Below, one piece after another: positions 1 through 9,200 of a stretch of 64,000 nucleotides of DNA; the first letter of the stretch is position 1, and each line of letters opens with the position of its first letter. The notes under the pieces were generated by a model. It saw only the letters and a list, made by a program, of their open reading frames with translations, was not told where the DNA came from and ran no database searches. The position numbers and the translations under genes are program-made. Source of the DNA: an uncultured cyanobacterium (lineage in GTDB: Bacteria; Cyanobacteriota; Cyanobacteriia; Cyanobacteriales; Nostocaceae); the NCBI GenBank assembly GCA_963740315.1, contig CAVUDP010000001.1, forward strand, positions 416,001 to 480,000, given 5' to 3'.

Positions 1-2036
1 AATTCGGAAAAGAATGAGATTAAAGCTCTTAGTGCATCCTCGGAAGCGTATTTAAGCTCAAATCGTGGACTAGATGCGCTTATAGCAGCAATAAGAACAA
101 AGGAAAATGGCAAAATTTAAAATCACTTGGATTAGAACAGATATTAAGGATGAAGGCAACAAAATGTGATTTAAAAATTTAGAACGGGCAGTTTATCGGG
201 ATAGTGTAGTTACCACAGTTGCTTTTAGCCCCAAGGGTGAGATTATTGTCACAGCAGATGGGGAAGGGAAGGTGAAACTTTGGCAGCAAAATGGGGAATT
301 CAAAACAGATTGTCAGGACATAAAGAAAGTCATTTGTGCGGTTGTTTTTAGTCCAGATGGTAAAACTATTGCTTCAGCCAGTGCAGATGACACTATTAAA
401 CTCTGGAATCGCAATGGTAAAGAGTTAAACACGTTTAAAGGTCACAATAATGAAATTTGGCAGTTGCTTTCAGTCCAGATAGTAAAACTATTGCTTCTGC
501 GAGGGTAGCTGGCACTATTAAACTCTGGAATCAAAATGGTAAAGAGTTAAACACGATTACCAAGGTCACAGTGACAAAGTTTACTCAGTGCAGGATTTAG
601 CCCAGATGGCAAAACTATTGCTTCAGCCAGTGCAGATGGCACCATTAAACTCTGGAATCAAAATGGTAAAGAGTTAAACACGTTTAAAGGATTCACAATG
701 ATGAAATTTGGGCATTGCTTTTAGTCCCGATGGTAAAATGATTGCTTCAGCATGAAGATGACACCATTAAACTCTGGAATCACGCAATGGTAAAAAAATA
801 AATACTCTCAAAGGTCACGACGACAAAGTTTACTCAGTGCAATTTAGTCCAGATGGTCAACAAAATTGCTTCGGCAAGTGGAGATAAAACCGTAAAAATT
901 TGGAATGTGTACGGTGGAGAATTAAATACTTTCCGAGGTCATAGCGATAAAGTTTGGCAAGTAGCATTCAGTCCAGATGGCACAAAAATTGCTTCAGCTT
1001 CTGAAGATAAGACTATCAAAATCTGGGAACCAGGTGGTACACCTTTGAAAGCCCTTACGGGATATAGCAGTTCAGTTTATGCAGTTGCTTTCAGTGGTGA
1101 TGGTAAGGCGATCGCCACAGGTGATGGGACAACACTGTAAAACTTTGGAACCAGGATGGTAAGTTACATAAAATGCTCGCTAGCGATAATGATGATAAAC
1201 GTCATTATGATAGGGTTTAGGGAGTGTCTTTTAGCCCCGATAGCAAAACTATAGCTTCAGCGAGCGAGGACAAAACCGTTAAACTGTGGAAACGTTGACA
1301 ACGTTTGTTTCAAGTTCTTAAAAATCAAAACAAACAGCAGTTATCGGAGTGCCTTTTAGTCCAGATGGCAAAACAATTGCTTCGGCTTCAGACGATACAA
1401 CTATTAAAATTTGGAATCAAGATGACAGTTTGCTTTAACGACCTTAGAAGGACATGATGCTGGCGTTTTGGGGTTAGATTTCAGCCCAGATGGTAAGATA
1501 ATTGCTTCAGCTTCGGATGATAAAACTATTAAACTTTGGAAATCGAGGATGGCACTTGGTTACGAACTTAAAGGACATAATCAAGGAGTTAGGGGAGTAG
1601 CTTTCAGCCCAGATGGAAAAAAAATTGCTTACAGCTATGGATAATACCATCAAAATCTGGGATACAAACGGGAAATTACTAAACACACTCCGAGAACATA
1701 GTAATGAAGTTAGAACAGTTATTTTTAATCCCAATGGTAAAACGATTGCTTCAGCGAGTTTGGATAAGACTGTTAAATTATGGAAATTAGATGGTACTTT
1801 GCTGCATACTTTACCCGTCATGCGCAGACTTCGTGCTTTCAGTTTCCTTTAGTCCAGATGGTAAAACGATTGCTTCTGCTTCTGACGATAAGTCTGTAAT
1901 CTTATGGAATTGGGAAGAAGCTAAGGACTTAGATAAACTACTTAAATATGCTTGTAATTGGGGACGTGAATATTTTGAAACTAATCCCAACCTGACTCAA
2001 AGTGACAAAAAATTGTGCGATAAAATTCAACATTAA
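1..2036 (+). pseudogene. WD40-repeat protein C-terminal region, broken by many frameshifts (start lies outside the window)
   Basis: Repeated [20 protein letters not shown] / GH motifs in shifting frames (ORFs 272, 853, 1613, 1791). Ends with a typical cyanobacterial tail (LLKYACNW...LCDKIQH). May be sequencing error rather than a true pseudogene. Confidence 0.85.
1108..1115. repeat. HIP1 octamer GCGATCGC (one example; recurs across the window)
   Basis: Also at 4643, 8231 and many other sites; characteristic of cyanobacteria. Confidence 0.9.
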
Positions 2037-2236
2037 GCTTAAGAAATAAAAGCTGGATAAAGCTAAGAATGGTCGCGATTGTCACAATACCGAGTTGGTG
2101 CGTGACGCTACAAGTTTTATTGTTCTGTAAATATTTTTCAAGTTAGCAGAAAACATTGTCTGGAATATTGTAATGCAATCTTTCAGACAATTGTTTTCAT
2201 ATTTGAATTCAAAAACGCTAACAAACAAGTTATTTC

Positions 2237-2932
2237 TTAAGTTCTAAATGGCACTTCTCTGCAACTTCCTTGTTCTTTAGTGTAGAAGAAAGGTCTGCGG
2301 TCAACAGGTTTATTATTGGGGGGATTAATTATAACATCCCATTTTTTCATATCGAAACCTGTGTGTGTCCAGGACTTTTGGCAATCCATTACTTTGTCTA
2401 TATTGTTTTGGGGTGTAGTATACATCCATACATCAATCATAGTCCTTTTTCCTTTACACTTATCTGGAGGGCATTCATCTGCTACAATCAAGTACTTTTT
2501 TAGGTGAGGTGCATATATGCGAGTACCAGGAAATAAGCATTTATTGTTTTGCCAGTTATAGCGCGTCGGGATTGCTACTATAATTGGCTTTTCGTAGCTT
2601 CCATCTCCACCCTTTTTGTCCTTTGCATCTTTGTAGATTAAGCGCTTGTAGTTAGGCAAGTTACTGTAATCGGAAGAATAAGCAATGTCATAATTGGGGT
2701 TTGGATTCCCTATATAGTCGTTATCGTGATAACTATAATATGTCATGTGAACCTTACTTAAATCCTCGCCATCACACGAAGGAGCAGTAGCAACTTGTGT
2801 TACTTCAAATTGTTTCATTTTTGAGGAGGTTTGAACTGCGTTTACTCCCTGTTTTTGAAATGCTGTAGATACACCAGCACTCACTATCATTAATGTTGTA
2901 GCAGCAGAAATCATAGCCAGCTTTTTTTTCAT
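2237..2932 (-). CDS. Secreted hypothetical protein, possible double-psi beta-barrel (3D/RlpA/expansin-like) cell-wall protein
   Basis: Likely start MKKKLAMISAATT at 2932 with AAGGAG upstream, followed by a signal peptide. Motifs MTYYSYHDND, GGDGSYEKPI, PGTRIYAP..KYLIVADEC, IDVW. Confidence 0.6.
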   Translation of the reverse strand: MKKKLAMISAATTLMIVSAGVSTAFQKQGVNAVQTSSKMKQFEVTQVATAPSCDGEDLSKVHMTYYSYHDNDYIGNPNPNYDIAYSSDYSNLPNYKRLIYKDAKDKKGGDGSYEKPIIVAIPTRYNWQNNKCLFPGTRIYAPHLKKYLIVADECPPDKCKGKRTMIDVWMYTTPQNNIDKVMDCQKSWTHTGFDMKKWDVIINPPNNKPVDRRPFFYTKEQGSCREVPFRT

Positions 2933-3068
2933 GAGATTACTCCTTAATAAACTTAAGTTACTCTTGTCTAAAATTTGATTGGAATTGCTTCTTACAGGAA
3001 GAGAACAATTGGAAATCGCTATCATTCAGATATCGAAATATAACGAAAGATATCTAAAGCTATCCAAG

Positions 3069-3955
3069 TTAAGTAATAGGTAATTTTATTCTCTCCTTGA
3101 GACTGTACTGCTTGACTCTAAGAATACAAATCTTCCATCCTGCTTCTATTTGTCTGGGGTCGCGAATTAAATCTTTATTAGCTTCGTAAATTTTTCTCCA
3201 TGATTGTTCGCTTCCATCCAGGTAAAATTTTTCGGCTATTTTAGATAAATCGTCACCAATTTGGACTTCGTAAACTTGAGAATTCGGCGGACATTTTCGC
3301 TCAGAAGGTTGTGGTGTGGAAAATGTCATTTCATTAAGAGTAACTAAACTAAAACCTTGCTGTTTTAGTCGGGGAATAGCAATATCAACCGCTTTAATTG
3401 TATCTTCCCCCCGTGCTTGATTCCCCTGTTTGGGTAAATCGTGACACAAAATAATTGACCCATTTTCAGTAGACAGCAAAGTATTGACAATGGATTCCAC
3501 TCCAAGAGCTCTCCAATCGTTCGTATCAGTTGACCAGTGAATATGGCTAAGTCCAAGATTTTCTGCTAATTCAGTTACCCTAAATTTATTATTCTTATCA
3601 ATAGCCTGGTTGTTTTCAAAAGGAGGTTCACCCATTGGGGGACGAAAATAATTGGGAGTATACCCGGTTGCTCGCTGAATTTCTTCGTTGCATCCGCAGT
3701 TTAGTGAGGACAAGATAGTCATTTAACGTCCGAAGACTTGGATTATCATAAGCAGATTGGCAATAAGATGCCATCTGATACGGCTGTTTAACAATGTGCG
3801 GAAATTTATTAACACGATTATCAATGAAAAATAGTGCTTCAGTCGTGTTATGCCAAGTATCGCAAGCAGCTTTGTGTAATGTCGTAAGGACCGTCGTCGA
3901 ATGTGAGAGCAATGTAAGGTTGGTTTCGGGCACCCGATTCAATTATTTCTGACAT
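3069..3955 (-). pseudogene. Polysaccharide deacetylase (NodB) + C-terminal LysM protein, frameshifted
   Basis: ATG at 3955 reads MSEIIESGARNQPYIALTFDDGP. The downstream frame has YFRPP, WSTDTNDW, IILCHD and LysM (YEVQIGDDLSKIAEKFY...WRKIYEAN). Confidence 0.8.
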
Positions 3956-4018
3956 GATAGTTCCTCTGCAAACTCCAGACTAGGCTATAGTGTGACTGTT
4001 TTAAGCTTATTCATATTA

Positions 4019-5491
4019 TCAAAAATCTACCTTGCAATTAATTCTACTTTCTTTCCAAGTACCGTGAAAACCCGGAGGAATTACACTCGGTAAACTCAAT
4101 TTACAAACGGGTTCTTTATCTAATTGTTCGGCATCAAATATCCATACTTCGCTACTATCTAAATTACCGTTGTAGACAACCGTTAAAATAAAACCTTGAG
4201 CGTAAATCGGTTCGGAAGGATAAAGATTTTCACCAAAGTTTGCTTCGGTAATAGTATCAGTTTTACTATCAAAGCAAGCAATACTATTCAATATCTCTTT
4301 ACTAATATCCGTACCTTCCTTAACTGTGGAAAGATAAGTATATCGAGAAGATTTTCCGACATTTTGCTGCGGTACGATCGGAAATTCGCAATGTCGATCA
4401 AATAATGTTTCTATATTACTTACTTTACCAGTTTGCGGATTCAGAATTACTCGCGTTAACTTACTTTGTGAAGCAGTATGAGTTTCACCTGTAGCTACTT
4501 CTTTAAGATATTGATTAGTTTTAAAATCTTCATAACTAGCAATATCAACAATGACAGCACCGCTATCATCTATATAACCATTAGAAAAATGCCATTGAAA
4601 CCAGGGTTCCGTCTCGCTACGGCTGATAATATCTAAAGTATCGCGATCGCAAACTAAAATTTGGGTTCCTTTGCTAGGTTGCCATTCCAAAGAATCGCTA
4701 AAGCAACTCAATCCAACTGCTGGCATTAATAAATTTAACCGCACCGGAGGAATAAAAAATATTAAATATCCTCCCGCTAAAACAAAATCATGTATTAAAG
4801 GTACACCATCTAATTGATGTGCAGCTTTCTTGATAATTTTTCCCGTAGCATCGCTTTTGTAAATATTAAGCGTTGAATTTAAACCAGGTGAGGTACCAAA
4901 ATTAAAAATTTCTCCCGTCTGAGAATCAACCTTCGGATGTGCAGAATATCCCATTCCATCATCCAATTGCTCTAAATTCTCTTTCCCCAAAGTATCCAGA
5001 TTTTGTAAATCGAGTTTGTGAGGGTTTCCACCTTCCCACAAAGCCAAAAGTTTATCGGGTAAAGCCAAAACCGAAGTATTTGCAGCATTTTTAATTGGTT
5101 TAAACCATTGATTCCAAACTGCTCCCGGTGCTGTCATGCCATAATTACCGTAAAGCAACTTCTCTGCACTTTCTTCTTCTTTAAATCCTTCAGTTTGCAC
5201 GTAGCGATAAACAGCAGATGCATTACCATTACCCCCCTTAGTCCCCCCTTGTAAAGGGGGGAAACTGGAATTGAAATGTACGGCAAGAATGGCACCATCT
5301 CCATCAAACCAGTGTCCTACAGAAATACCACCACGTTCCAATCTTGCCGGACCGTTGCGGTAAAGGGTACCATTTAAACTTGCGGGAATTTCACCTTCAA
5401 TTATTGAAAGTGGAGTTAAGGGAAATTCCGACGCGGGTTTTTGAAAAGCCTTAGCCCAAGCTTTTGTTGCGGACTTTTGAACTGTTTGCAT
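4019..5491 (-). CDS. Carotenoid cleavage oxygenase (RPE65 family)
   Basis: LYRNGP, HWFDGDG, SAHPK, IHDF, EFP, SEP and GFHG motifs, including the Fe-binding His residues. Confidence 0.93.
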   Translation of the reverse strand: MQTVQKSATKAWAKAFQKPASEFPLTPLSIIEGEIPASLNGTLYRNGPARLERGGISVGHWFDGDGAILAVHFNSSFPPLQGGTKGGNGNASAVYRYVQTEGFKEEESAEKLLYGNYGMTAPGAVWNQWFKPIKNAANTSVLALPDKLLALWEGGNPHKLDLQNLDTLGKENLEQLDDGMGYSAHPKVDSQTGEIFNFGTSPGLNSTLNIYKSDATGKIIKKAAHQLDGVPLIHDFVLAGGYLIFFIPPVRLNLLMPAVGLSCFSDSLEWQPSKGTQILVCDRDTLDIISRSETEPWFQWHFSNGYIDDSGAVIVDIASYEDFKTNQYLKEVATGETHTASQSKLTRVILNPQTGKVSNIETLFDRHCEFPIVPQQNVGKSSRYTYLSTVKEGTDISKEILNSIACFDSKTDTITEANFGENLYPSEPIYAQGFILTVVYNGNLDSSEVWIFDAEQLDKEPVCKLSLPSVIPPGFHGTWKESRINCKVDF

Positions 5492-5529
5492 ATTAAATCA
5501 ACTTGAAGCAGTTATACAATAATTTTAGT

Positions 5530-6537
5530 ATGGATAATAAGCCCCTAGAACTTCAAGCAGAAAAATTAACTGAACACAATTTAATAAAATACGGTTTTCT
5601 TGTTACTAAACCAGCGTTTGACAAGGAAGGAACCGATTTACTGATAGTTAAAGATATTTCTCAGAAAATCACGCCTTTCATCAAAGTTCAATGTAAAGGT
5701 AGAACTATTAAAAAATATTCTAATGTAACAATACCCAAAAAATATGTAGAAGAAAATTTTGTAGTTGTTCTGTATGTTGAAAAAGAAATTACTAAAGAAG
5801 ATTTTCTTTATGTTTTTTTCTATGATGATATTAAGCTGTGGCGAACTGAAGGAATAAATTTTAACTTAACTATTCCGAACGATTTTCAAAACAAGGAAGA
5901 GTTTAAAGCGCGGCTGTTCAACACAGAAGCTATAACTAAAATAGAAAATATTCTTTTAAGACAAGCAGTCAATCAGTTAATAAAAACAAACCAGTCTATA
6001 ATTATAGATGGAATATTTCTGCAAAACGCAGTCTTATATACGCAAAACATTTATAAAGAAGTATATCCAGGAAAGACTTTTACAAAACTTAATATTGATT
6101 ATATTGTAGAGCAGCTTCTGAAATACAGTCGTCTTAAGTCCGAAAACGAAGTTAACTGTTATCTAATTTATTCAACTCAATTTAATTTGGAGTATTTAGT
6201 AGATATAGGCGATATAACAAAAGATGATTTATTTACAGGAAAGGAGTCAAATTATGTTGGACGTAATTACAACTTGTTCAAGTTAAAGACGCAGGATATT
6301 GTGTTGTTTAAAGTGGTAGAACAACTCGATCGTATTATCAACGTAGAAAACGTAATGCTAGTAGCTGATGATTTTGGTTATGTTCCATATCTTCAAGCTT
6401 TAGAAGACAAAGGAGTGCAAGTAGTACTATTTCATCATTCGGAAAATTCAGGTTCAAGAATGTCTCACGAATTTAAGTGGGCTAATATAGTATATCCGTT
6501 GGCTTTGGCTATGGGCTTACAGGAACACGAATTATAA
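5530..6537 (+). CDS. Putative PD-(D/E)xK nuclease-like N-terminal domain fused to a NYN/PIN-like C-terminal domain
   Basis: N-terminus E...FDKEGTDLL...KVQCKGR; C-terminus IIIDGIFL...LVADDFGYVPYLQALEDKGVQV. ATG at 5530 (the ORF track starts at TTG 5503). Confidence 0.6.
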   Translation: MDNKPLELQAEKLTEHNLIKYGFLVTKPAFDKEGTDLLIVKDISQKITPFIKVQCKGRTIKKYSNVTIPKKYVEENFVVVLYVEKEITKEDFLYVFFYDDIKLWRTEGINFNLTIPNDFQNKEEFKARLFNTEAITKIENILLRQAVNQLIKTNQSIIIDGIFLQNAVLYTQNIYKEVYPGKTFTKLNIDYIVEQLLKYSRLKSENEVNCYLIYSTQFNLEYLVDIGDITKDDLFTGKESNYVGRNYNLFKLKTQDIVLFKVVEQLDRIINVENVMLVADDFGYVPYLQALEDKGVQVVLFHHSENSGSRMSHEFKWANIVYPLALAMGLQEHEL

Positions 6538-6770
6538 ACAAGAATCACTGTTTAACTTGTTCTCAGTTTCAGTTAAGAATACACTCAAGAGTCTTTCTCA
6601 AGTTCCATCTATTAGTGACAAGTTAAGCCTTTTCTGCTCTAAAATTAGCTATCTCTCTTGTCTTAAAAAATTGCTGATAAGGGAATTTACTTAACTCCCT
6701 ATCCTCTTCTTCTGGACTTGATTTAGCTTATATTTATTAAAAAATAACAAGCTAAATCATAGTGATATTA

Positions 6771-7695
6771 TTACTGCCTAAATCTCGAAATCAATTCCTC
6801 ACGGGACAATTGTATTAACAACGGAGAAAATTCCTCTGGAGTTAATGCTAATAGTGGTTGAATAATTGAATTTAATTCGTCATCTAAAGAACCAAATCTG
6901 GCTCGTAATAAATTTTCTATAACGGTACGATGTCCTTCTTGTATTCCTTCGTTTCGTCCTTCTTGTATCCCTTCGTTACGTCCTTCTTGTTTAGCTTCGG
7001 CTAATCTTTCTAGATAAATCGGTGATAAATTCATCAGTAACTCCCTATCCTCTTCGTCTGGGTTTTGTCTAATTTCTATTTGAGTCTTTAAACTCAATAA
7101 TAAATCAATTGCTTTATCCCGTAGGGGATTATTCTGGGGAAGTGCTTCTAATTCTTCGATGGCTCGTTGTTGTACTCTACCTTTACCTAAAAGCCTTAAC
7201 CACAAGGTTTCTGGTGTACGAGGTAACTGATGAATGGCGATAATTACGGTTTTTAGATAGTCTCCTAAAAAATGAACCCCTGCACCCCAATTCTCTTCGT
7301 CGAGACTGGCTTTAAATCCATCTAATATTGTTGTAGATGCTGTAGGAGATAAAATCCACAGTTTGGGTAAATCGTCTTCTTGCGTGGGGATATTATCGCG
7401 TTTGTTTTGGCGTTCTATATCGGCAATAATATAGAACAACTTGTTCATACAGCTACGAATTTCTGAGATTTTTACCGCATTTCTAAATGGTTCTATAAGT
7501 GCGGCTTTCTCGGCTAATTGCCCTAACAATCCCAATTGTATTGTATCTGTGGTAGGTTGAGACGAAGGCGCAAAGTAAACATCAATTTCCCGAATCTCCG
7601 CCGGTACTGTCTTACTGGTTTCTATTTTTCCTAATGGTTGTAATAATTCTTCAAGATAATACGAGGGCAAACTGGTCGTAGGGGAACCTAGTCAT
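6771..7695 (-). CDS. Rpn-like / DUF4351-type PD-(D/E)xK protein, single frameshift near the 5' end
   Basis: ATG 7695 reads MTRFPYDQFA, then shifts into YYLEELL. Motifs REIDVYF, IEPFRN, TLWLRLLG; EGRNEGIQEG repeats; C-terminus LLRARFGSLD. Confidence 0.75.
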
Positions 7696-7755
7696 TAGAT
7701 AATGTTTATTAGCTGCCGTCCAATTTTATGATGTATTTCAAATATATAAAGCTTT

Positions 7756-8835
7756 ATGTCTAAAGTAGAATATTTTTTATTAACTCGCGTTTTACTCGAA
7801 TTCGATCTCAGAAGTGAAGATATTGTCAGCGATATTTCTGCTGCTACTTTTAGCGATGATGGTAGTTTGTGGATTGGTTCGGATGAAATGGTTGGGGTTG
7901 AACGTCTTTCTCCCGTAGGTTGTCATAGTTTCGGCAAGCATCAACGCTTTTTATTAAAAGATTATATCGAGCTATTTGACGACGATGAAATTGATATTGA
8001 AGGTATGGATTTTCGTGGTGGCTATCTTTGGTTGACTGGTTCTCACAGTACTAAAAGAAAGAAACCCAAAGGCAAAGATTTGGAAACAGATTTATCTCGA
8101 CTTGCTACTATTACTACCGACTTAAATCGTTTTATTTTGGCAAGAATTCCTGTTGTTAATGGTGAATTAATTAAATCTTGCGTTCCCGTTGAAGGTGAAA
8201 CTTTAAGCGCAGCTTGTTTGCAAACAATTGGCGATCGCAATGTATTATTTGAAGCTTTAAAAGAAGACGTACATTTAAAGCCATTTATTACTAGTGGAAT
8301 ACCTTCTAAAGATAATGGTTTGGATATCGAAGGTTTAGCAATAGCAAGTAATAACCGCCTTTTTCTCGGTTTGCGCGGACCTGTATTGCGGGGATGGTCT
8401 TTAATTATAGAAGTACAATTAACAGAATCCGAACCGGGTGTTTTGGTGCTGCAAGAAATTACCGATGGAGGCGCAAAATACAAAAAGCATTTTCTCGATT
8501 TGAACGGTTTGGGAATACGAGAATTATGTTTGCAAGAATCAGATTTAATTATTTTAGCAGGACCGACTATGGCTGTAGAAGGAGAAATGGAGGTTTTTCG
8601 CTGGAAAGATGCTTTAAATGATTCGAGTGACAACGATAATATCCATCAGCAGGATGAGGATAACTTGTTTCCCTTGTTTGACTTACCTTTTACCATTGGT
8701 TCCGACCATGCTGAAGGTTTGGCGCTATATTCATGCTGGGGAGAACAAAATAGCTTGATGGTATTTTACGATTCTCCAGATAATCGCCGTTTGCGACCAG
8801 ATAAACAAATATTAGTTGATGTTTTTCAAATTTAG
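7756..8835 (+). CDS. DUF3616 family protein (beta-propeller-like)
   Basis: DIEG, LTGSHS.KRKK, SKDNGLDIEGLA, GLRGPVLRGW, GLGIREL and HAEG motifs. Confidence 0.8.
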   Translation: MSKVEYFLLTRVLLEFDLRSEDIVSDISAATFSDDGSLWIGSDEMVGVERLSPVGCHSFGKHQRFLLKDYIELFDDDEIDIEGMDFRGGYLWLTGSHSTKRKKPKGKDLETDLSRLATITTDLNRFILARIPVVNGELIKSCVPVEGETLSAACLQTIGDRNVLFEALKEDVHLKPFITSGIPSKDNGLDIEGLAIASNNRLFLGLRGPVLRGWSLIIEVQLTESEPGVLVLQEITDGGAKYKKHFLDLNGLGIRELCLQESDLIILAGPTMAVEGEMEVFRWKDALNDSSDNDNIHQQDEDNLFPLFDLPFTIGSDHAEGLALYSCWGEQNSLMVFYDSPDNRRLRPDKQILVDVFQI

Positions 8836-8837
8836 AC

Positions 8838-8865
8838 AAAAAAACCTCGGGTCTCAATCCGAGGT
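8838..8865 (-). terminator. Intrinsic terminator
   Basis: ACCTCGG...CCGAGGT stem followed by T7 on the minus strand. Confidence 0.65.
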
Positions 8866-8966
8866 CTATTAAAGAAAACCAAATGTCTAAAGTTTATAAA
8901 GATATTGAAAATTTCAAATCTTAATTCACATCACAGCCATACAAGCTGAACTTTTGTGAACTTATG
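8838..8966 (-). ncRNA. Candidate small RNA (~130 nt)
   Basis: TTGACA-17-TAAGAT promoter (9001-8973, minus strand) and a hairpin + U7 terminator (8865-8838), with no meaningful ORF between them. Confidence 0.5.
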
Positions 8967-8972
8967 TAAATA

Positions 8973-9001
8973 ATCTTAATGAAATCATTACAAAATGTCA
9001 A
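8973..9001 (-). promoter_or_regulatory. Sigma70-type promoter
   Basis: Minus strand reads TTGACA ttttgtaatgatttcat TAAGAT. Confidence 0.6.
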
Positions 9002-9060
9002 TCAGGCTTGACACGGATATTGGTTGTATACATATCAAACCAATTCTCAGTAGATTGCGG

Positions 9061-9200
9061 GAGAGGGGGAAGAGGGGGAAGAGGGGGTAGAGGGGGTAGA
9101 GGGGGTAGAAAAAAATATTTATTATTATTAATTCCTAACTTTTAACTTTTAACTCCTAACTCCTAACTCCTAACTCCTAACTCCTAACTCCTAACTCCTA
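9061..9200. repeat. Short tandem repeats: AGAGGGGG(A/T) 9-mers and CTCCTAA heptamers
   Basis: Directly visible tandem units. Confidence 0.9.

Noticed and set aside
8043..8633. 196-aa antisense ORF, and similar antisense ORFs within tamB, murQ, V4R, cheA and ftsW
   Set aside because: They are shadows of well-supported genes on the opposite strand and have no motifs of their own.
9061..9200. Tandem arrays here and at 16660, 40792, 47530 and 55198 as possible CRISPR arrays
   Set aside because: Units are 7-9 nt with no unique spacers and no cas genes; they are ordinary Nostocales short tandem repeats.
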